A stretch of DNA of 64,000 nt from an uncultured bacterium (GTDB lineage Bacteria > Hydrothermota > UBA3072), in assembly GCA_964525555.1 (NCBI GenBank), contig CAZGHN010000003.1:160-64159 (forward strand), read 5' to 3'. The position numbers and the translations under genes were made by a program. This document shows positions 9,092 to 16,784 of this stretch, in pieces; position 1 is the stretch's first letter, and each line of letters opens with the position of its first letter. Below the pieces are notes generated by a model. It did no database searches. It saw nothing but the letters and a program-made list of their open reading frames with translations, and had not been told where the DNA came from.

Positions 9092-10201
9092 CTATTTGTG
9101 GTGTTTATATTTTTTGTTTTTTATGACACTTTTGTAGAAATCTTCTGTTTTTTTTGCAACATCATGCCAGTCGTATTTTTTTGCTGTTTCCATTCCTATT
9201 TTTCTTATTCTCTGTGATTTTGAATCATTTTCCAGAATTGAAATTGCCTTATTTGCAAGGGATTGCGGATTTCCTTTTTCAAATAACATTTCTTTGTCTG
9301 GGATTACATCTTTATACCCGTCTATATTAGAGGCGATCACAGGTGTACCGCATGCCATAGCTTCAAGAAGTACAATACCAAAAGTTTCTCCGCATAAAGC
9401 GGGTGAACAGTAAATATCTGCACTACGGTAATATACCGGAACCATATTATTGGGTATCATTCCCTTGAAAATGATGAATTTTCTTAATTCTTTAGGGATG
9501 TCTTTCGGAGGATTTCCTTTTCCTGCTACGATGAGTATTGCATTAGGTATTTTTTTCTTTATTAGTGGAAAGGCTTTTATCATGACTGGCAGTCCCTTTC
9601 TAGGATCTAGTCTGCCTAAGAATAGAATGATTTTATTGTTTGAAAATTTTTTTAATTTTTTCCCTTTAGGAGTGAAACGTTTTGTGTCCACTCCGTTGGC
9701 AATGATTTTATAGTTGCCTTTTGGGAAATGAGGATAAATTTCTTTGAATGCATGCTTGGATACGCATATTGATCCATCTAATTTTTTAGAGATCGAAGTA
9801 AATAAAAATTTTGAAATTTTATAATAGTTGAAATTTGAAAAAGCAGTATGGAACGTTGCGATATTAGTCGTATTGGAATATAAAAGTGCTAAGAAAGGAA
9901 GATTAGGAGCATAGGGACCATGCGTGTGAATAATATCGAAGGAATTATCATTAATAAATTTTTTTACTTGTGAAAATAACGTTGGAGAAAAAGTCCAATT
10001 TACTTCACTTTTGTTTGCGTGTAAGGTTAATCTGTTTCCCAGTCTTGTTATTTGGCTATCTTCTTTTGCTTCGGGGTGTTTACCAGTAAGAATATGAACA
10101 TCGTTTCCTAGTGCCTTAAGAGCTTTTGAAAGATGATGAAGTACTTCGCTGACTCCTCCGGGATCTGGGTAAAAAGAATCAGATACTTGAAGAATTTTCA
10201 T
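9092..10201 (-). CDS. glycosyltransferase family 4
   Basis: GT-B fold hallmarks: N-terminal PDPGGV, C-terminal GETFGIVLLEAMACGTPVIASNIDGYKDVI (E-x7-E region). Confidence 0.8.
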   Translation of the reverse strand: MKILQVSDSFYPDPGGVSEVLHHLSKALKALGNDVHILTGKHPEAKEDSQITRLGNRLTLHANKSEVNWTFSPTLFSQVKKFINDNSFDIIHTHGPYAPNLPFLALLYSNTTNIATFHTAFSNFNYYKISKFLFTSISKKLDGSICVSKHAFKEIYPHFPKGNYKIIANGVDTKRFTPKGKKLKKFSNNKIILFLGRLDPRKGLPVMIKAFPLIKKKIPNAILIVAGKGNPPKDIPKELRKFIIFKGMIPNNMVPVYYRSADIYCSPALCGETFGIVLLEAMACGTPVIASNIDGYKDVIPDKEMLFEKGNPQSLANKAISILENDSKSQRIRKIGMETAKKYDWHDVAKKTEDFYKSVIKNKKYKHHK

Positions 10202-11528
10202 CAGAGGTAACTGCTGTTAATATAGAAGCCGGGTTGAAATCTACCTCATTTGGTGATAAAGCTCTTATTATAGTTGTTTCTTTTGGAGTTCCCTTTAGAG
10301 CTTTACCTTTTTTTACTATTGCAACTTCTCTATCGGATATCATAACTCCTTTCATTCCGCCTTTTAGGAGAACTATGGATCCTGGTGGATATATGCCCAT
10401 TATATCAAGGAATACTTTTACTAATGAAGGATCATAAATTTCGTTACTTTTTATTATATATTTAAGTGCTTCAAAAGGACTTCTTACATTCTGATATATT
10501 CTTGGAGTTGTCATTGCATCGTAAGAGTCGACTATCCTGATAATACGAGCAAATAGAGTGGGTTTCTTCGTGCTTATATCTGGATATCCGGCACCGGAAA
10601 AATCTATATGATGTTCGAGTATTCCACGAAGTCCAAATACAGGTACTTCTTCTACGCCTTTTAGAAAAATTATTCTTTCAGCGGAAAGATAAGGATGTTG
10701 TTTAATCTTCTCATATTCTATATTTGTTAAAGTATCTGGTTTGTTCAGAATATCACCTGGAATATCTATTTTCCCTAAGTCGTGGAAAAGAGCAGATATT
10801 CCAAGTTCGAGTAAATCTTTTCTTGAAATACCCAGTTCGATGCCCATAGCAATTGAAAGTATACAGACATTAGCGGAGTGGTTAAAAGTATAAGAGCCAA
10901 TGTCTTTTATTATTGTTAAAGCAATAAGATAGCTTCTTTCTTTAAAGAGTAATTCTGAAAATTTTCTCACTATTCGGCGGGCTTCATATATATTTGCTTC
11001 TTCCTCAATAGTTACTTTTTTAAGATAGCTAACCGATTCGAGAAGAGTAGAGAGAGCTTCTTTTCTTATGGAGCGTAAAATACCATCTTTTTGTTTTGAG
11101 TCTTCTATACGTGTTATTTTTATAGATTTCACACCATCTTTTTTTAGATTTTTGGATAATTCATCAAAAGAGTGTTTTGAAGCAGCAAGGTGTGAGCCTA
11201 GAGAGCATAAAAAGGATACTATTTCGTCAAGTTCCGGTAAGTTGGTAAATTCAATTGAGCCAATCGATAAAGTTTTTAAATCATGAATCAGGGATCTGTA
11301 TCTTCCCATTATGCCCATTTCTACTCTTGCCATTTCGTCATTAAAAAATAAATGGTTATCGGAAATAGATAGTTCTATTTTCTTAAAGTCTTTGAATAGT
11401 TCTGATAAAAATTGATGAGTTTTTTTAGCGTGCTGGTAAAGTGTTTGACTTTTGGTTTGAAACACTCTTGCTATATGAATTGATGATGAGAAATATAGTA
11501 TAAGATTTCTAATATCACTTTGTTTCAT
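10179..11528 (-). CDS. HD-GYP domain protein (putative cyclic-di-GMP phosphodiesterase) with N-terminal sensor region
   Basis: HSANV..ALFHDLGKIDIP..IKQHP..ILEHHIDFSGAGYP..RIIRIVDSYDAMT motifs. Confidence 0.8.
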   Translation of the reverse strand: MKQSDIRNLILYFSSSIHIARVFQTKSQTLYQHAKKTHQFLSELFKDFKKIELSISDNHLFFNDEMARVEMGIMGRYRSLIHDLKTLSIGSIEFTNLPELDEIVSFLCSLGSHLAASKHSFDELSKNLKKDGVKSIKITRIEDSKQKDGILRSIRKEALSTLLESVSYLKKVTIEEEANIYEARRIVRKFSELLFKERSYLIALTIIKDIGSYTFNHSANVCILSIAMGIELGISRKDLLELGISALFHDLGKIDIPGDILNKPDTLTNIEYEKIKQHPYLSAERIIFLKGVEEVPVFGLRGILEHHIDFSGAGYPDISTKKPTLFARIIRIVDSYDAMTTPRIYQNVRSPFEALKYIIKSNEIYDPSLVKVFLDIMGIYPPGSIVLLKGGMKGVMISDREVAIVKKGKALKGTPKETTIIRALSPNEVDFNPASILTAVTSDENSSSI

Positions 11529-13068
11529 GTTTCTTTAAAATCTCCTCGGCCGTTTCTTTTAGCTGCCTAGATTTTCTGTATTTTTTGATAATTTCGATGG
11601 CTCTTTCGTCTTTTACATTAGATAAAGCCCGGATGGTCATTTTCTTGATATCATATATTTTTTCATTAAACAGATGCTTTTTACGAAGTATTGTATTGAA
11701 TATTCTTAATGTATCTTCGGTGGTCAAAGTAGAGAGTAGTTCTAGTAATGCCTTTATTTCGTTTTCGGGTAGACGCCAGAATTTTTTTGATAGAATCCAG
11801 TCTCTTATGATTTCAAATTCCTCTGGGGTCCATATTGCTTTTAATTTTTCTAGTACTAAAACTCTGACTGATGAATCCGGATGTTTTAAATATTCGATGA
11901 CATCTTTTCTTGATAAAAGTGAAAAAAGAGTTTCTTTTATTTGGGGTAAATTTTCTCTTTCAAATAGTTCTTTTAAACATGGAATGAAGTATGGATCTTT
12001 TAGTTTTTTTACAATTGACAAAAGAACTGAGAAAGCTTTCCCCTTGGAAGTGAGTAAACGTTTTTCAAGGTCCTTTTTTCGGTCGGCAAAGATGTTCTTT
12101 AAAAGAGAGACAATCAAATCTTTTACGATAAAATCGCTGGTGATTTCTAATTCATTTATTAATGGGTCTGTTGCTTTCATGCCTATGTATTCGAGCATTT
12201 CTACTGCTTCATTTCTTGTTCTGTTTGAAGAGGATGAAGTTAAAATATGAATATATAATTGCGTAGCTGGTTCAGAGACGAGTATTTCTTTTATTTCGTT
12301 TTGAATTTGAGTAAATTCTCCTTTAGTCTCGGTGAGGCTCTCAATTAGTTTTTTTGTCTGGTATAGAGCAGAAAGGTTGCCTGATGATAGAAATTTTGGA
12401 ATTGAATCTCTAAGTATTACGTAGAGACTTTGTCTTTTTCTATGTATTTGTTCATATGATAGAAGATCCTTGATACTTTCAATTAGTAAAAAAGGAGCAC
12501 GTTCTCGATCAATTGAAATCTGTGGTTTATAGAAAATTCCGGATTTCTGTTCGTCTTTTTTATAGCTCTCTCTCTTTTTTACTTTGACCGGAAGTACTGT
12601 GAGTTGGTTGCTTTTTACTCCGGATGGCAATTTTAAACCTTCATATTCATCAATATTTTTAGTTTTTTCAACAGCATGATAAATTATATGAGGAAATTTG
12701 GATTCCCATAGATCTTCTATCAAGCCAACTTTAGAGGAATATTCTCGACCAGCTATAATTGTTACTAGAGCTTCAAGTTCTTCTTCGCTTATTCCCTCAA
12801 GGAAAGTGAAAGACCTTATCCCATTGCGATATAGGAAGAGAGGAATTGAAGTTAACCTTTTTGGGTCGGAATGTAAAACTTTTGAATCACTCATAATTTT
12901 GTCTTCATTGATTGATAAGACTATAGGGCCTAACTCTTCTTGAGCTTTCTTAAGATTATCCAGACTTTTATTTATAAAATCTTTAGTTGTATCAGAAACT
13001 TTTTGATAAAGTTTATGATTTTTTATTGATTTTACAAAATTGTTTACAAAAAAGTCTAGATCTTTCAT
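11515..13068 (-). CDS. HEAT/armadillo-like repeat protein, function unknown
   Basis: 517 aa, all-helical repeat character (..VEMLEYIGMKATDPLI.., ..HPDSSVRVLVLEKL..). 14-nt overlap with the HD-GYP gene. Confidence 0.45.
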   Translation of the reverse strand: MKDLDFFVNNFVKSIKNHKLYQKVSDTTKDFINKSLDNLKKAQEELGPIVLSINEDKIMSDSKVLHSDPKRLTSIPLFLYRNGIRSFTFLEGISEEELEALVTIIAGREYSSKVGLIEDLWESKFPHIIYHAVEKTKNIDEYEGLKLPSGVKSNQLTVLPVKVKKRESYKKDEQKSGIFYKPQISIDRERAPFLLIESIKDLLSYEQIHRKRQSLYVILRDSIPKFLSSGNLSALYQTKKLIESLTETKGEFTQIQNEIKEILVSEPATQLYIHILTSSSSNRTRNEAVEMLEYIGMKATDPLINELEITSDFIVKDLIVSLLKNIFADRKKDLEKRLLTSKGKAFSVLLSIVKKLKDPYFIPCLKELFERENLPQIKETLFSLLSRKDVIEYLKHPDSSVRVLVLEKLKAIWTPEEFEIIRDWILSKKFWRLPENEIKALLELLSTLTTEDTLRIFNTILRKKHLFNEKIYDIKKMTIRALSNVKDERAIEIIKKYRKSRQLKETAEEILKKHETK

Positions 13069-13195
13069 TGATTTAATTTTACTCTAACATTGAAAAATTT
13101 CAACCCCCCTTTTTGTTTTTGCGATATTTAAAAGATATAAATCTACTTTTAAGAGTTTTTGCTCTATCGAGGCAAAGCCGCTAAAATGTAAAAAT

Positions 13196-13360
13196 TAAAT
13201 ATCAAAATGCAAAACTACAAATCAAAGTTAAAAAATTTGTAAAAGGAAAAATTACGAGTGTCGCCAATAGAACGGATCTTTTTTTGATTTTTACTGTTTG
13301 GAGAATAGTTGATTTTGCATTTTAATTTGTAATTTTGATTTTTACTTTTTGATATTTGAT
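13196..13360. repeat. AT-rich stutter repeat with inverted arms
   Basis: Left arm aaatatcaaaatgcaaaactacaaatcaaag. Right arm ttgattttgcattttaatttgtaattttgatttttactttttgatatttgatt. The arms share inverted words (aaatatcaaaa / ttttgatattt). Confidence 0.6.
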
Positions 13361-13431
13361 TTACTGGAAATACTAAATTAACGAGAATTTTTTTAAAGAG
13401 TTAATTGATCCAAGACTTGGCGCACGAATTA

Positions 13432-14238
13432 CTATTCTATTATGCGTATTGCTTCTGGATCGGAGGTGGTTATTTCAAGTCCGTATTTTTTGTGGTCGAT
13501 GAGTTTACCTTTCAGTTCTATTTCTCTGCTGCTTAGTTCTTCAAGATTAAATCCAGTGTTTTTTAGTTTTTCTAAACCTTCTTTCCAGAGTACGAAAGTA
13601 AATTGGTCTTTTCCTTTACCAAAATCAATGAAAAGGTGTCCTGACCTAGAGACATTCCATTTGGTAGGTTTTCCTGAAATAATTATCCATTCTCCGATAT
13701 TTTTTCTCAGCTTGGGTAAATTATACGGGTTGATCCTGAGAGGTCTTTTTATGTTTCTACTCCTATTCCAAAGTTCTGCAAATTTATCTGAGAATTTACG
13801 GATAAGTTGATCACTTTCTTTTATTATTAGAAGATTTTCATCGTTGAGTTCTTCTGCCGAGTGAGTCCAGTTGAAGGAACCGGTAATCAAGACTTTCTTG
13901 TCTATTATTGCGAATTTATTATGCATTATTCCTTCGTATTTATCGCCATGTGATTTGTGGGTTTCGTCCAGTCTAACATCTAGATTTTTCTCGTTTAGAA
14001 AGTGATGTTTTGAATATCCTATTTCCTCGGTACTTTTAGAGTCGAGAAGAATTCTTACTTTTACGCCTTTTTCTTTTGCTGAAACGAGGGCATTCGATAA
14101 TTCCCTATCGGTTAATATATACATTGCAACATCTATTTCTTTTTGTGCAATTGCGATTTCTTTGAGGATTGCTTCGCGAGCACCCCCGTTTGGGCTAAAA
14201 TAAACATTTATTGATAAAGAAACTAGTAATAATAGCAT
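13432..14238 (-). CDS. phospholipase D-family (Nuc-like, single HKD) nuclease with an extra C-terminal domain
   Basis: HKD motif HNKFAIIDKKVLITGSFNWT and an N-terminal signal-like segment. About 110 aa of C-terminal extension with beta-rich, OB-like character. Confidence 0.65.
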   Translation of the reverse strand: MLLLLVSLSINVYFSPNGGAREAILKEIAIAQKEIDVAMYILTDRELSNALVSAKEKGVKVRILLDSKSTEEIGYSKHHFLNEKNLDVRLDETHKSHGDKYEGIMHNKFAIIDKKVLITGSFNWTHSAEELNDENLLIIKESDQLIRKFSDKFAELWNRSRNIKRPLRINPYNLPKLRKNIGEWIIISGKPTKWNVSRSGHLFIDFGKGKDQFTFVLWKEGLEKLKNTGFNLEELSSREIELKGKLIDHKKYGLEITTSDPEAIRIIE

Positions 14239-14243
14239 TTTTA

Positions 14244-14280
14244 AAACATCCCCCTCTGATTTATGTTGAGGGGGATGTTT
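14244..14280 (-). terminator. rho-independent terminator hairpin
   Basis: aaacatccccctc / gagggggatgttt stem with an 11-nt loop. On the minus strand it is followed by a T run, just downstream of the 14303-14647 gene. Confidence 0.6.
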
Positions 14281-14302
14281 TAGTAAGTTAAATCAACCCT
14301 TT

Positions 14303-14647
14303 TTATCTGTAGAAGAGTCCGATTATTCCGACAATTATTGCTGCTATACCGACGGGTACAGTTATTATTGTCATAAGATCATCGATTTGCTTTTCCGTTT
14401 CTTTCTTTGTTGGGATAAGTTTCAGCAAATCAAGTATTAAGACTCCACCTGCGATAACACCCACGAATAGCTGCAAAGATCCTGCGGCTCCGTGTTTTCC
14501 CAAAAATGCTATGCTGGTTAGTATTACAACGATACCGATCGGTATTTTGAGCCCGGCAAGAGCTTTTATAGAGTCTTTCAGTTTTTTGTTAACTTTCTTG
14601 ATGAGATCCATTGTCAGAATTAATCCACCTAAAATTAAAAATTCCAT
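14303..14647 (-). CDS. small integral membrane protein (about 4 TM), unknown function
   Basis: 114 aa, Gly/Ile/Leu-rich hydrophobic segments; SD aaGGAGGtatagt upstream. Confidence 0.45.
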   Translation of the reverse strand: MEFLILGGLILTMDLIKKVNKKLKDSIKALAGLKIPIGIVVILTSIAFLGKHGAAGSLQLFVGVIAGGVLILDLLKLIPTKKETEKQIDDLMTIITVPVGIAAIIVGIIGLFYR

Positions 14648-14674
14648 ACTATACCTCCTTTACGTTTTTTAAGT

Positions 14675-16117
14675 TTACGAGTTTCTGTACCATTTGACAT
14701 TCAAATCTTTGTTTGCCTTTACCTCGTCGAGTCTTCCTACGGGGGTTGTGTTAGGACTATTTTGTAACAATTTCGGATTTTCTTCTGCTTGTTTTGCTAT
14801 TATTTCCATTGCTTTTATGAAATTATCTAAAGACTCCTTCGATTCGGTTTCCGTTGGTTCTATCATCATAGCCTCCTCCACAATGAGGGGGAAGTAAATT
14901 GTGGGAGCATGATATCCCATATCTAAAAGGGTTTTTGCAATGTCAAGAGCTCTTACTCCATTTTTCTTAAATTTAGAAGCGGAGATAACAAATTCATGCA
15001 AGCACTTTTTCTTATAAGGGATATCATATTTTTCTTTGAGATGGGAAAGCAAATAGTTTGAGTTTATAATAGCCTGCTCACAGGCTGCGCGCAGGCCATC
15101 AGCACCTAACATTCTTATATATGTGTAAGCTTTTACCATTACAGAGAAAGCTCCGTAGAAGGTTGAAACTTTTCCGATAGAGTTTTTACCGGTCCAGTTA
15201 AATTTATATTTTTTTCCGTCAAATTCGATCGTTGGTACGGGCAGGAATTCCGAAAGATGCTTTTTTACTGCTACGGGTCCGCTGCCCGGACCTCCTCCTC
15301 CGTGAGGAGTCGCAAAAGTTTTATGTAGATTGAAGTGAATTATATCTACACCAAAATCGCACACTTTAGCTATGCCCATTAGTGCGTTTAAGTTCGCACC
15401 ATCCATATAAAGTAGAGATCCGTTTTTGTGCAGTACCCTCGAAAGTTCTTTTATGTTGGACTCGAAAACCCCTAACGTGTTGGGATTGGTAATCATAAGT
15501 GCTGCGGTATCCTTGTTTATTGATTTTTCTAAATTTTTTGCATCTAAAATTCCCTCTTTATTAGATTTTATTTCTTTTATTTTAAATCCAGCTCTAGTCG
15601 AAGACGCAGGATTTGTACCATGGGCTGTATCGGGAATAAGAACCATTTTTCTCTTTTCGTTTTTTAGATCGAAGTAAGCTCTGGCAATTAATAGCCCAGT
15701 TAATTCTCCATGGGAACCAGCTTCAGGTTGAATGCTTATAGAGTCCATTCCTGAGATTTCTTTTAAAAATTCTCCAAGGTCAAACATTATTTTGATTGCA
15801 CCTTGTATTTCATTCTCAGGTGTTTCCGGGTGCAGATTTTCGAGTTTATCATGATTTACAACATCTTCGGCTACTTTAGGGTTGTATTTCATTGTGCAGG
15901 ATCCAAGAGGGTATATACCTTTATCTATATGGTAGTTCTTTTCGGATAATCTTATAAAGTGTTTTATTGTTTCTCTTTCGGGAGTGGGCGAAAAATTCAT
16001 TTGTTTCTTTCTTCTTTGTGATTTCTTTAAGAGCTTTGATAGAGGTTTTGCATTGATTCCAAGGGCAGGGGTATAATGATTTCTTTTAGAACAATTATGT
16101 TCACAAAGTAATTTCAT
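14675..16117 (-). CDS. gcvPB: glycine dehydrogenase (aminomethyl-transferring) subunit 2
   Basis: YPLGSCTMKYNPK, PDTAHGTNPAS and FNLHKTF (PLP lysine) blocks; 480 aa. Confidence 0.9.
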   Translation of the reverse strand: MKLLCEHNCSKRNHYTPALGINAKPLSKLLKKSQRRKKQMNFSPTPERETIKHFIRLSEKNYHIDKGIYPLGSCTMKYNPKVAEDVVNHDKLENLHPETPENEIQGAIKIMFDLGEFLKEISGMDSISIQPEAGSHGELTGLLIARAYFDLKNEKRKMVLIPDTAHGTNPASSTRAGFKIKEIKSNKEGILDAKNLEKSINKDTAALMITNPNTLGVFESNIKELSRVLHKNGSLLYMDGANLNALMGIAKVCDFGVDIIHFNLHKTFATPHGGGGPGSGPVAVKKHLSEFLPVPTIEFDGKKYKFNWTGKNSIGKVSTFYGAFSVMVKAYTYIRMLGADGLRAACEQAIINSNYLLSHLKEKYDIPYKKKCLHEFVISASKFKKNGVRALDIAKTLLDMGYHAPTIYFPLIVEEAMMIEPTETESKESLDNFIKAMEIIAKQAEENPKLLQNSPNTTPVGRLDEVKANKDLNVKWYRNS

Positions 16118-16267
16118 ATTTGTAATATTATTAGACTAATAGTTTTTGTCAACCAGTGAGATTCTTTGAATTTTCATATCAAAGAGTACGAGATCAATTA
16201 CGCCGGCAATTGTCGTTCTGGGGTATCGTTCTAAAAAACCGCAGTCAGTTTTCCCGGCGGGTGATTC

Positions 16268-16418
16268 GCAAGGAGTACTTTTCGAGAAAGACGTGGTCAA
16301 TTTCCCCAGCGTGGAAATTGCCACTCGGCTCTCGGGTTCGCTCCTTTTGAAATGAGTATATTTCAAAAGACCATGCTCGCTCACCCTGCGAGACGCTTTC
16401 TTGAACAGCACTCCTTGC
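16268..16418 (-). promoter_or_regulatory. candidate structured 5' leader RNA upstream of gcvPB (class unassigned)
   Basis: GC-richer island closed by a 12-bp long-range helix, 16407-16418 pairing with 16268-16279. On the minus strand this reads GCAAGGAGUGCU/AGUACUCCUUGC with one G-U. It encloses hairpins 16344-16369 (10 bp), 16298-16320 (8 bp) and 16376-16392 (5 bp). Confidence 0.4.
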
Positions 16419-16538
16419 TCATTTTATTAATAAAAGTCCGTGACCGCTAGGTCTTCTATACATTTTTCTTGAGTGGAACCTCTTCATCGAATAAAAAGAT
16501 CGGTCACTATCTGTGTAAATTAGTGGCAATAATATTTT

Positions 16539-16721
16539 CAATTTACAATTTACAAATTGCAATTTACAATTATATACTAAGAAGTGTCGTATTTCTCTGT
16601 GTTCATAGGTTCTCTGTGGTTCAATTAATATTGTGGGTTGGGTTTTTTTTAACACAAATATATTTTTTCTCTGTGATCTCTGTGTGTTCTTTTTTTTCTC
16701 TGTGTTCTCTGTGGTTCAATC
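16539..16721. repeat. cluster of stutter runs
   Basis: Runs caatttaca atttacaaa ttgcaattt acaatt, and ttctctgtg atctctgtg tgttc ttttttt ctctgtg ttctctgtggttcaat. The 15-mer tctctgtggttcaat occurs twice (16611-16625 and 16707-16721). Confidence 0.7.
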
Positions 16722-16747
16722 ATTTTTTGGGGGATTGGGGGGGCGGC

Positions 16748-16775
16748 TTGACTTTGGGGTAAAGGGTATTAATAT
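16748..16775 (+). promoter_or_regulatory. sigma70-like promoter candidate for the PBP1A gene
   Basis: TTGACT (16748-16753), 16-nt spacer, TAATAT (16770-16775). Confidence 0.4.
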
Positions 16776-16784
16776 AACCCCATA

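Noticed and set aside
11585-12250. 221-aa plus-strand ORF inside the HEAT-repeat gene
   Set aside because: It is an antisense shadow ORF in AT-rich coding DNA. The minus-strand ORF is 517 aa and overlaps its operon partners.
16268-16418. A confident call of a canonical glycine riboswitch, or of a cobalamin riboswitch on the plus strand
   Set aside because: Only loose similarity to the CACCGAAGGGGCAA and ..AAAAGGAC elements was found. The GGAGAG/P2 organisation is not found, and the B12-box GCCACUG is not matched (GCCACUCGG). It is kept only as an unclassified structured leader.
16136-16762. ORFs 16136-16411(-), 16419-16655(-) and 16469-16762(+) between gcvPB and the PBP1A gene
   Set aside because: They lie in the structured leader and stutter repeats. 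Their translations are repeat-derived nonsense with no SD.
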